The notes under the pieces were generated by a model. The model searched no databases. It worked only from the letters and a program-made list of their open reading frames with translations, and was not told the origin of the DNA. Both the position numbers and the translations under genes were made by a program. DNA of 23,750 nt from a virus (taxonomy: Duplodnaviria > Heunggongvirae > Uroviricota > Caudoviricetes): IMG/VR virus record IMGVR_UViG_2778261673_000009; one strand, 5' to 3'. Positions within the stretch are counted from its first letter, which is position 1. Each line of letters begins with the position of its first letter. This document shows, one piece after another, positions 16,356 to 23,750 of this stretch.

Positions 16356-17384
16356 TTACGCTACTGTGATCTGCACAGAGAAGCCAACACCGTGGTTAAC
16401 CACAAGCGAGCTATTCTCGGTCACTACGTGCACTGCGTCGCCGCGATTCGATTCGAAAGCATAGCTGTAATACTCTTTAGCGCCTTGAGACAGCAGATCG
16501 AAGGAACTGGAAGGCGCGCCATAGATAGCTTGGTAAACACCTCCACCCTTAGCGAATTTAGGCACGGCTACAGCGTCAGCGGTCATATGTGCCAGCAGCA
16601 GCGGATCAGTCACTTTGATCAGATCAATGTTAGTTCCTGGAATGGTGAAAGTAGTTACGCCAGGCAGCAGAGAACGCACATTAAACACCACGTTTGCATC
16701 GTCTACAGGGCTTGCATATTGGAACGCATTGACCATGCCAACGCTGTAACGAATAGCGTTGAATGCCGCAGGTTTACAGAACACAACAACACGCTCAATG
16801 GTTGCAGCCTGGCTTTGTGCCTTAGCAATCATATCCGTATGCATCTGATCAAATTGCTTGAATACGGTCATTGTGTTGGTGCTGGATGCGTCAACGGTTG
16901 CAGTCATTGGAGACACACCGAACAGAGTGCTGTAATCGATCAGAACATCGTCAGTTTTCGGCGTATGTGTCTTGCCAGAGAACAGAGAAGCCGCGAGGAT
17001 GCTTTCTTTAGTGCGCTGGAATGCAACATTGTGTTTAGCGATATATTCCGCATACAGATCCGGCAGTGTTTCTTCAATAGAGCTTCCGGCTTTGCGTTTG
17101 CCTTGCACGTCCTGCGGTTTGATCAGGTCTTCACGCAGGAAGTAAGGGATTTCAATCAGCCATTCTTCCCCGTTCTCACGCTTAGTAACGTTATGCTCAG
17201 AGCTAAAACGGCTTGTAGGATGGTTGAACAGAGATTCATTGCTCTCGATAAGCTGGGAAACAGCCACTTTGTGACTTTCTACAGGCACAGGATCAGTAAA
17301 ATCCAGAGTAGACAGTAGGTAATTGCGTGAGTCGTTTAATTCGAACAGTGGAGCAAGATCAACCACTTCATTTCCGATAATCAT
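16356..17384 (-). CDS. Putative major capsid protein, lambda gpE-like
   Basis: 342 aa, essentially the length of lambda E-family capsid proteins. C-terminus ...GFSVQITVA resembles the E-family C-terminal motif as recalled. Preceded by a 124-aa gene, like the lambda D-E pair. GAAGGA lies 10 nt upstream of the ATG. Confidence 0.5.
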   Translation of the reverse strand: MIIGNEVVDLAPLFELNDSRNYLLSTLDFTDPVPVESHKVAVSQLIESNESLFNHPTSRFSSEHNVTKRENGEEWLIEIPYFLREDLIKPQDVQGKRKAGSSIEETLPDLYAEYIAKHNVAFQRTKESILAASLFSGKTHTPKTDDVLIDYSTLFGVSPMTATVDASSTNTMTVFKQFDQMHTDMIAKAQSQAATIERVVVFCKPAAFNAIRYSVGMVNAFQYASPVDDANVVFNVRSLLPGVTTFTIPGTNIDLIKVTDPLLLAHMTADAVAVPKFAKGGGVYQAIYGAPSSSFDLLSQGAKEYYSYAFESNRGDAVHVVTENSSLVVNHGVGFSVQITVA

Positions 17385-17400
17385 TATTATTTATTCCTTC

Positions 17401-17775
17401 TTAAGATGTGAAAACAGAGTGGAAGCCTTCAAGCTGGAAGCCTTTAGCAGCGAGAGCTGCAATAGCAGCTTCTTTTACAGCGCCTTCGGCATTCAGGGCA
17501 TCAGCTTTGATGCAAACGAGTCCGGCATTAGCACGAAGCACGTTAACTGTTTTATTTGAATCAGCAGTTACGAAGTCAGACACAACGACAAGAACATCAG
17601 CGCCGCTAACATATTTAGCGCCGGATGAATCAATGAGGTCGCCGCACGTTACATCTTGTGCAAGTGCTGCAAATTTTTTGCTTTCTACAGCCGCGTAAGG
17701 GTCGGTTGCATAGCTCACTACGTCAGTGATGCTTTTACGATGTGGGAAAACATCGCTTAATTTTAAAATAGCCAT
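17401..17775 (-). CDS. Putative head-decoration-like protein (124 aa)
   Basis: Small Ala/Val/Gly-rich protein immediately upstream of the capsid-like gene. Strong AAGGA ribosome-binding site. Start overlaps the stop of the upstream gene (TAATG). Function assigned by position and size only. Confidence 0.4.
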   Translation of the reverse strand: MAILKLSDVFPHRKSITDVVSYATDPYAAVESKKFAALAQDVTCGDLIDSSGAKYVSGADVLVVVSDFVTADSNKTVNVLRANAGLVCIKADALNAEGAVKEAAIAALAAKGFQLEGFHSVFTS

Positions 17776-17984
17776 TATTTTTCCTTAGATTGTTTGATTT
17801 GTTGAGCTTTAGCATTAATCAAATCTTGGTGAGATGGTTTATTGCTGTCAGCCTTATAAAGACGTTCACACTGTTTCTTTAATTCTGTAGGAGTGATGCC
17901 AAGCGCGTAGGCTGTAGCATTCAACACATCCTCAGTTAGTGTTAACTTTTCATTGCCATATTTCAGGATAATTTCTTGTTTCAT
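17775..17984 (-). CDS. Small hypothetical protein (69 aa), first gene of the structural-type operon
   Basis: ORF translationally coupled (TAATG) to the 124-aa gene. Weak ribosome-binding site. Confidence 0.45.
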   Translation of the reverse strand: MKQEIILKYGNEKLTLTEDVLNATAYALGITPTELKKQCERLYKADSNKPSHQDLINAKAQQIKQSKEK

Positions 17985-18013
17985 AAAATAACGATTCCGT
18001 TATGTTCCGAGTA

Positions 18014-18062
18014 ATAAAAAGCCCCAGGCTATAAGAGGTTCAATCAACAATAGCAAGGGGCT
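18014..18062 (-). terminator. Terminator-like hairpin preceding the structural-type operon
   Basis: GCCCC(AG)GCTAT...ATAGC(AA)GGGGC stem-loop followed on the minus strand by a T run (plus-strand AAAAA at 18016-18020). It sits between the early-type genes and the capsid-like genes. Confidence 0.3.
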
Positions 18063-18990
18063 TATTTATTTTGTATCGGGCAAAATACATATTGTGATAA
18101 GTCAACTTTGAGGAGGTTTAACGTTATCTCTAAGAATACTTTTATAAATACGCTTAGAGATATGTTAAGGGTGAATAACAGGACCGCAGGAGAAATTGGC
18201 TCTTAGGAGGGGCCAACCCTTTGGAATCTACGATCCTGCTATTCGATGCGGGGGCTAAACCGCTGCCTGTTTTTGCTGTGGATGCAACAAAGTAAGGCTT
18301 TAAGGAATCACTATTCCAATTCTAATCTACTCACAGATCAAATTTTAATAGGATTAACTACACCAACAGTAATCTACCGTTTCAGAAAATCGTTTTTACA
18401 ACCAAAGCTTATAGATCCGCATTCTATAAAACCCGTTTTGCTATCAATATTTCCAAAGTTTATTGCACCATTCTTAGCTAAACTCTCTCTACTTGCGGCT
18501 AACGCTATGCAGATGATAGTTTTTTGACAACAACTTAATAGATTATTCTGTTACTAACTTCCGTCATTAAATAAGAGTTTAATGATGTTAGTAAATAGTT
18601 ATAAAATATAACTATCAGTGTAAGGCTCTTTAATGTTTTCGGACAAAATAAGGAGCTTTAGGATAAGCATAGATGAAAAATAAGAGCGGGAAGGGCAAGG
18701 AGATAACACCTACCCGCTTTTATCAAAATTAAGCACAATGCCTAACAACATTCATCAACACAACGTAGAAACAATCAACAATCAAAGAGGGAGTTATGAT
18801 TATTCTAAAACTTCTTGAGAGATGGAAGGTAATATTTGTTAGAGGTTAATGCCACTCAACCTTTGAGGCTATCACCTTCCATATGCAGGGATTTATGACA
18901 ATAGAAGGATTAACGCCAACTAAAATCTTTTTATCTACCCCTAAAATTATTATATAACAAAATCATTATAAATGCAAATGATTTTCATTA

Positions 18991-19299
18991 TCATTTAGAG
19001 AAAATAGCACTTTTTGCTAAATCATCTACTAATTGCTGAATCTCTTCACTTGCAACCTTTAACGTGGTGGCGATGTCTGTGATGATTTGATTACACTGTT
19101 TTGCATCGTGCTCAGATAGCTTTAAATAGCTCACCAGAGAGATAAAATCGTCAAGGCTTACATTCACCTTCATTAAGCTAATAACGCATTGAGAGAGCGT
19201 GTAATCGCATAAATCTGAATAGGCTTGATTTATTCTTGTTTGTAGTGAGATAGTCAGATCTAAAAGTTGTTCCATTGCATTGCTAATATCTTCTTCCAT
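18991..19299 (-). CDS. Small hypothetical protein (102 aa)
   Basis: ORF whose ATG overlaps the stop of the upstream 67-aa gene (TAATG). Confidence 0.5.
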   Translation of the reverse strand: MEEDISNAMEQLLDLTISLQTRINQAYSDLCDYTLSQCVISLMKVNVSLDDFISLVSYLKLSEHDAKQCNQIITDIATTLKVASEEIQQLVDDLAKSAIFSK

Positions 19300-19502
19300 T
19301 ATGCGTATTCTCCTTGTAATGCATCATTAATCATATTCAATACGATGTTAAAAGGTGTCTTGAGCGTCAGCACTTCATCACGGTAACGATCTAATGCTTC
19401 GTAGTCTTCTGTTTCTTTTGCCAGCCGGATTAACTCAGCATAGTTTTTTGCATCAGACAGGATCATCTGAAATAATTGTGTTTCTTGAATATAGCCAATC
19501 AT
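19299..19502 (-). CDS. Small hypothetical protein (67 aa)
   Basis: ORF with AAGGA 8 nt upstream of the ATG. Confidence 0.45.
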   Translation of the reverse strand: MIGYIQETQLFQMILSDAKNYAELIRLAKETEDYEALDRYRDEVLTLKTPFNIVLNMINDALQGEYA

Positions 19503-19560
19503 TATTTTTCCTTTTTTTGAATATTTTCATTGGGCGCTTATACATACGCCCATCATTTTA

Positions 19561-19944
19561 TTAGTTAGAACGTTTGTTAGAAGCTAATGTATCTTCTAAA
19601 TGAGCCATCAGATCGACTTCCGATGCACCACCTACACAATTATTGAAAGCGTTAAATCCCAAAAAATGATGATAGGAGCTAAACCCTAAAAGCTGCCAAC
19701 GTTTCAGAGTGCCATCAGAAATGATAGTTTGTTTTCTTGTTCTTGGGCGAAAGTAAACGCCTGGCATTGACTGGATTATTTCTAATTCTTCATCACTTAA
19801 TTCAGGGGATTCTGTTTCAAGAATAAAGATTATCTCTTCCCCTGGAATTTCGTTATTGGTATGTGTCGGTGGACGTTGTCTTGTTGAATTGAAATTACTG
19901 TTTTTTTCAATACGTTTTAAGTTGTTCTTCTTCTTTCTTCCCAT
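19561..19944 (-). CDS. Hypothetical protein (127 aa)
   Basis: ORF with GAGGG 5 nt upstream of the ATG. Basic N-terminus (MGRKKKNNLKR). Confidence 0.5.
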   Translation of the reverse strand: MGRKKKNNLKRIEKNSNFNSTRQRPPTHTNNEIPGEEIIFILETESPELSDEELEIIQSMPGVYFRPRTRKQTIISDGTLKRWQLLGFSSYHHFLGFNAFNNCVGGASEVDLMAHLEDTLASNKRSN

Positions 19945-20040
19945 TTTCCCTCTTTTTATGTGGATTATAAAAACTGAATGCCATAGTTACGATGAATATC
20001 GCCATAAATGCATTTGCCATATGTATTGCCCGATCTGTTG

Positions 20041-20310
20041 TTATTGATTGTTTGTGATAAACAATTCAAAATCTTTGTTTAATTTCAAAAGACGAAATGT
20101 AGTGCTGTTAATCCCTTCATAATCCAGCACACCGAACGATGTAAAATGATTTAACCAATGATTTACGTGTTGTGCGCTGTAGCCGCCTAAACTACAAAAG
20201 CTAACCACTGTCGGCGGTGAGAACTCTATTTCCAAAATAGCTTTTAAAATGTTGTATCCGCTTTCAGTTATTTCAATAGTTTTGTTTCCTGTAGTGATGT
20301 TATAAGTCAT
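20041..20310 (-). CDS. Hypothetical protein (89 aa)
   Basis: ORF with AAGGAG 6 nt upstream of the ATG. Confidence 0.5.
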   Translation of the reverse strand: MTYNITTGNKTIEITESGYNILKAILEIEFSPPTVVSFCSLGGYSAQHVNHWLNHFTSFGVLDYEGINSTTFRLLKLNKDFELFITNNQ

Positions 20311-20319
20311 TTATTCTCC

Positions 20320-20889
20320 TTAGAATGGTATTGAATCGTATATTTCACTTTTTTCTCTTAGAGATATTATCAGATCGTGAAAAGCCTGTTTCTCAAGATA
20401 GATATTCTTTGAATCTAATGCACGTTTTACAAAATCTTCTGTTTCTTCGTGCGGTGGTTTCTTCTTATCAAGGGAAAGAAGCCAAGTAAAAATTTCGGGC
20501 CGCTCAGGGAACTCTGATTCCTGTGTTTCTTCTTCAACGATGATTTCGGAAACATTCAATATTTCATTAGATTCGTCTTCTTTCTCAGAAGGATCAGGTA
20601 GTGATGATTCTCCTTTTGGAATATCAAGCACTCGATAAAGGTTAGAGCTTCCTGGTCGTGCATCTTTTATAATTAATCCCATTTCGAGCAATTTCTTAAC
20701 CCTTTCTTCTGCTGCTCTTGGTGTTATGCCAAAAACATCGCCTATCTTAGCGTAAGAGGGAAATGCACGATCAAACCCTCTCAAATAGCAGTAAAGGTTT
20801 TTAGCACTATCTGTAAATTTATGCCCGTTTACTTGGCTTATTTTTAGAATCCACATAGGAACTTTTACAAATTGTTCTTCATTAATCAT
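20320..20889 (-). CDS. Putative replication initiator / replisome-organiser with N-terminal winged-helix domain
   Basis: Likely start is the ATG at 20889 (AAGGAG 7 nt upstream; the track ORF begins at a GTG at 20913). N-terminal pattern FVKVPMWILK...SAKNLYCYLRGF...FPSYAKIGDVFGITPRAAEERVKKLLEMGLI is typical of phage and island replication-initiator DNA-binding domains. Acidic C-terminal half. Confidence 0.55.
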   Translation of the reverse strand: MINEEQFVKVPMWILKISQVNGHKFTDSAKNLYCYLRGFDRAFPSYAKIGDVFGITPRAAEERVKKLLEMGLIIKDARPGSSNLYRVLDIPKGESSLPDPSEKEDESNEILNVSEIIVEEETQESEFPERPEIFTWLLSLDKKKPPHEETEDFVKRALDSKNIYLEKQAFHDLIISLREKSEIYDSIPF

Positions 20890-20942
20890 TAAAAATCTCC
20901 TTGATGTAATCACGCTCTACGGCGCTACTATGGTGATAAAAA

Positions 20943-21113
20943 TCACTTGCTTTTGTTTGAGAGTGTTTCAGCCTCTCTTTTCAACATATCAAGAATGTAA
21001 TCTGTAACAGTGATACGTTTACTTCTGGCTTCTTTAAACAACACCTGAAATACTTCATCAGGAATATGAAAGCAAGTGCGTGGTTGTCTTTTCTTTTCTG
21101 TAGTTTCGCTCAT
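20943..21113 (-). CDS. Small 56-aa protein, possible ribbon-helix-helix regulator
   Basis: Not in the ORF track (under 60 aa). ATG at 21113 with GGAG 6-7 nt upstream. Translation MSETTEKKRQPRTCFHIPDEVFQVLFKEARSKRITVTDYILDMLKRE has a strand-helix-helix look. Confidence 0.4.
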   Translation of the reverse strand: MSETTEKKRQPRTCFHIPDEVFQVLFKEARSKRITVTDYILDMLKREAETLSNKSK

Positions 21114-21134
21114 AGTTTTCTCCTTCTCCTGTTA

Positions 21135-21317
21135 TTATTCTTTCTCTGCTTCTGCCTTACGCAGTTCATCAATAATTTTTAGTGCATCGTCAAAACATTT
21201 TTCACGCTCTGGATAACCACAGCGTCGCGCTGTGTTCCTGTTCATCCTTACTTTAAAACGATTAATCTCACCACGTTTCCAGGCTTCAACTACATCTTGA
21301 GAAGTGAAATACTTCAC
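21135..21317 (-). CDS. Small 60-aa protein, first gene of the leftward early-type operon (GTG start)
   Basis: Start codon is GTG at 21317, with AGGAGG 7 nt upstream. Basic small protein. Confidence 0.5.
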   Translation of the reverse strand: MKYFTSQDVVEAWKRGEINRFKVRMNRNTARRCGYPEREKCFDDALKIIDELRKAEAEKE

Positions 21318-21486
21318 TAATTAACCTCCTATTCTATTTGGTTAAAAGAAAAAACACCTTGCAAGCCTTGTTGGGCTTCAAAGTGCGGTGCATTGGTTTA
21401 ATTACTTAGAGGATAAGAATGTTTTCTGTCCCTAATATTACTTTACCACGACTAAAAGCTTTTGTCAACCCCTGGCCATAAAAATA

Positions 21487-21511
21487 TTGATCATTTTCAG
21501 TGTGTTATAAT
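21487..21511 (+). promoter_or_regulatory. Candidate extended -10 promoter (TGTTATAAT) reading rightward into the ORF-poor region
   Basis: TGT-TATAAT at 21503-21511 with TTGATC 13 nt upstream. The upstream hexamer is too close for a standard -35, so the call rests on the extended -10 alone. Confidence 0.3.
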
Positions 21512-21618
21512 TTTTCTTAGCAATTCGTGCTCTTACGAGTGTTCCTATTCTTCCTTATTCTCTAAAACGCTCTAAAACGCGTTCTAACGAGGTATTTGAT
21601 AAAAACAATACATTCCCT

Positions 21619-21656
21619 TATGTAGAGGTTGTTTAGCTCGCCAGAGGCTTATTTAA
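21619..21656. repeat. Repeated element, copy 1 (GTTTAGCTCGCC-N3-GGCTT-ATTTAAG-GGG)
   Basis: GTTTAGCTCGCCAGAGGCTTATTTAAGGGG recurs at 21797-21832. The tail AAGGGGCTTATTT..TTGTAT also recurs at 18052-18076. Confidence 0.5.
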
Positions 21657-21796
21657 GGGGCTTATTTTGTATTTGTTAGGTATATGAAAAGGAGATGATA
21701 GATAAAATCTAATTTCAGACATCTTATAAAATACCTGTAAAGCTCTCAGAAGCTCTGTAACGAGCTAATCTATTACCGCTAAGTGTTTCCCTGCCT

Positions 21797-21832
21797 TATA
21801 TACGTTTAGCTCGCCTACGGCTTGATTTAAGC
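21797..21832. repeat. Repeated element, copy 2
   Basis: GTTTAGCTCGCCTACGGCTTGATTTAAGCGG, a direct repeat of 21619-21656 with few mismatches. Confidence 0.5.
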
Positions 21833-22301
21833 GGTAGAATCTTATTTAACCTTCAACTACTAAAACCATTCTTTCTTTTTTGTTTGTTGTTGGTTGTTGT
21901 CTGTGTCTATGTGCTAACATCGCTAACGCGTAGCACACAAGGTTATTGCACAAGTAAATTTCAATCGTTAGATGGTAGTTAGTTAATTATCGTTCTGCGC
22001 ACAGCGCAAGACTATTTAGCCTTACGCAAGCCGTAGGCTATTTGCACATAGTAGATTACATATTCGTTGTGAGCGGCATTAGCGAACATAGATCTACTAA
22101 CTAACATCAACAAACAAAAACTATGTGTTATGACAAGCAGTCTAACGACTAACACTCTAACTTGTGCAAGGTTCTGGCGAATGCCAATAGATTAAGGGAT
22201 AGTCAAGGACTCCCCTAACGGGTACCCCTATAATTATTCTTTAAAGATAAAAGAATTTATAAAAGATAATTTAATTGTAGTTTGATAGTTGATCTAATAG
22301 G

Positions 22302-22435
22302 TAACAAAATTCTGTAGGGGTGGCTAACAGTTTTCTGTGGGGGTGTATAACATAATTCTGTTAGGGTTGGGGTAACAGTTTTCTGTTAGGGTGCATATTT
22401 CTTTAAAAGTTAAGGATAACAGAATTCTGTGGGGG
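22302..22435. repeat. Iteron array: five 19-bp direct repeats TAACA-N3-TTCTGT-N-GGG(G), each with an internal ACAG-N4-CTGT dyad
   Basis: Units start at 22302, 22325, 22348, 22373 and 22417, giving spacings of 23, 23, 25 and 44 bp. The unit at 22417 contains the perfect palindrome ACAGAATTCTGT. Putative origin of the second element. Confidence 0.6.
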
Positions 22436-23262
22436 TAGTTCACAGTGACCTACCGTTACATCCATTTATCACATAACATCTGTGCAATGATCTTCTAAAA
22501 GTGTTTCTTGCTACCAAAATTAAACATCTAAAACAGGCTTAAATTCAAGATTAATTGATGATTAATCCTTATGTAATTCCATACTAAAAATTCAATGAAA
22601 AGTAGCTTAAAAGTGCAATTCTTACTTTCTTCACTTTTACATCACTTTCGCAAAGCCTTGTGTAATGCGGCTTACAGAGCACTATCAGAAATTGTTGATT
22701 AAAAATCAATCTATTATTTGTCGAACAAGTTTCTTTCACGTGTTGAAAATTTATGTTTAAATTTGCTTTCAATCTTTAATGTGCAATCACTATCAACATA
22801 AAAATAAAAACCTTCTATTATATTTCATAGCATACAAAAGTCAATAGAAGCCCTCTCGTGCTCCTACGTAAAAAATCCACCACTTTTCCCCTGATACATC
22901 AACTCAAGGCGTTCTATGTGTTCCTTAGTGCATATTACGATTATTATGTTAAATGGATTTTGGCCTATATTTTGACCTGCACCCGCATAAACACTGGTTT
23001 CATCGCTTACAGCCCTTGTGAGACGTGGTGCTGTTTCTAGCATCTGATCCGACATAAAACCGATCATTCTCGTGTTTAGTGAAAGTTTAGTGAGAGACAT
23101 TACAGAAAGGCTTTCTGTGTAATGATTTAATAGGTAAAAACGATGTTGATTACGCAAGAAAATTCCTTGCTGATATTTGGGGATTCTGGATTTTCCAGAT
23201 CGGGGGGCGCTAAAAATCGCGTTAAGCACCTCTCGCAATCTAGCCATAAGGGAAGGGATATA

Positions 23263-23305
23263 GGTATTTAGATGTATTTATAGCTATTTATGGCTATTTA
23301 TTTTT
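23263..23305. repeat. Four tandem copies of a roughly 10-bp AT-rich unit (nnTATTTAnn)
   Basis: GTATTTAGA TGTATTTATA GCTATTTATG GCTATTTATT, at helical-repeat spacing. A nearby pair CCCTTAAATCCCC / GCCTTAAATACCCC lies at about 23393-23430. Confidence 0.4.
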
Positions 23306-23596
23306 TATTTACCTTTATTAAAAAATAACCTTATAAATCAATAAGATACAGAGCTATCTGTTTATATTTTAATCAATTAAATCAAGTTTAATACCCTTAA
23401 ATCCCCTGAAAATAGCCTTAAATACCCCAATAATTAATTTTAAGGTTTTCCGTGTTCTCTTCTGCATTATGAAAATGCAAAATAAGGCACAAAACAAGCT
23501 CACAGACGCATTAAACACACATCACCTATGCATCCCTATACCAAGCAATGAAAACAGCGTTAGAATGCGTCCTGTTGCGTTCTGGAGATTTTCAGA

Positions 23597-23750
23597 AATC
23601 CTCTCTAAGCCATTTCAACTCACTAAGGAGTTTTCTTTCTTCGTTCTCTCGTTGCTTTCGCTCTAGCCAGGCTTTTCCTTCTGGCGTAGACAGGAACTTA
23701 CGAGCGTGAATCTTGCGGTTATTCCGTTTGATAGCTGCAATGTTTTTCAT
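23597..23750 (-). CDS. Small ORF starting at or beyond the window edge (possibly partial)
   Basis: The minus-strand ATG sits at the last three bases of the window and reads MKNIAAIKRNNRKIHARKFLSTPEGKAWLERKQ... to a stop near 23597. Any upstream signal is outside the window. Confidence 0.25.

Noticed and set aside
16392-17318. 308-aa plus-strand ORF
   Set aside because: Fully antisense to the 342-aa capsid-like gene, which has a good ribosome-binding site and operon context. The antisense translation is Cys/His/Arg-rich.
18246-18527. 93-aa plus-strand ORF in the 1-kb gap
   Set aside because: Opposite in orientation to all neighbouring genes, no ribosome-binding site, and a low-complexity translation.
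22302-22435. CRISPR array
   Set aside because: The repeats are 19 bp with only 4-6 bp between them, and one 44-bp gap. This is iteron geometry, not repeat-spacer architecture, and no cas genes are present.
22864-23247. 127-aa minus-strand ORF in the ORF-poor region
   Set aside because: No Shine-Dalgarno upstream of its ATG, and an unremarkable composition. It overlaps an equally unconvincing plus-strand ORF. Left uncalled, though a real small gene cannot be excluded.
23469-23666. 65-aa plus-strand ORF near the window end
   Set aside because: No ribosome-binding site. It overlaps the minus-strand ORF that begins at the window edge, and the two cannot be told apart with confidence.

Overview
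The window holds a chromosomal flank followed by two tandem integrative elements. All calls are by eye from the sequence and the ORF track; no database or profile search was run. (1) Positions 1-411 are the 3' end of a LysR-type regulator gene. (2) About 546-11890 is an apparently intact P4-like phage satellite prophage, bounded by a 17/18-bp direct repeat: crr-like repeats, alpha primase-helicase, orf106/orf151/epsilon-like genes, an AlpA/Vis-type regulator, an ori-like iteron cluster, the sid-delta-psu late operon, a cos-like site and a P4-family integrase. Between cos and int sits an AT-rich two-gene cargo: a 542-aa reverse-transcriptase-domain protein and a 246-aa partner, translationally coupled to each other and to int. 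This is the best candidate for an undescribed anti-phage system. (3) From about 11.9 kb to the window end is a second integrase-bearing element of uncertain class. It has a probable replication initiator, small regulatory genes, a lambda D/E-like capsid gene pair, a 613-aa coiled-coil/Gly-rich protein, no terminase or portal in view, and a 2-kb ORF-poor region full of iterons and hairpins.
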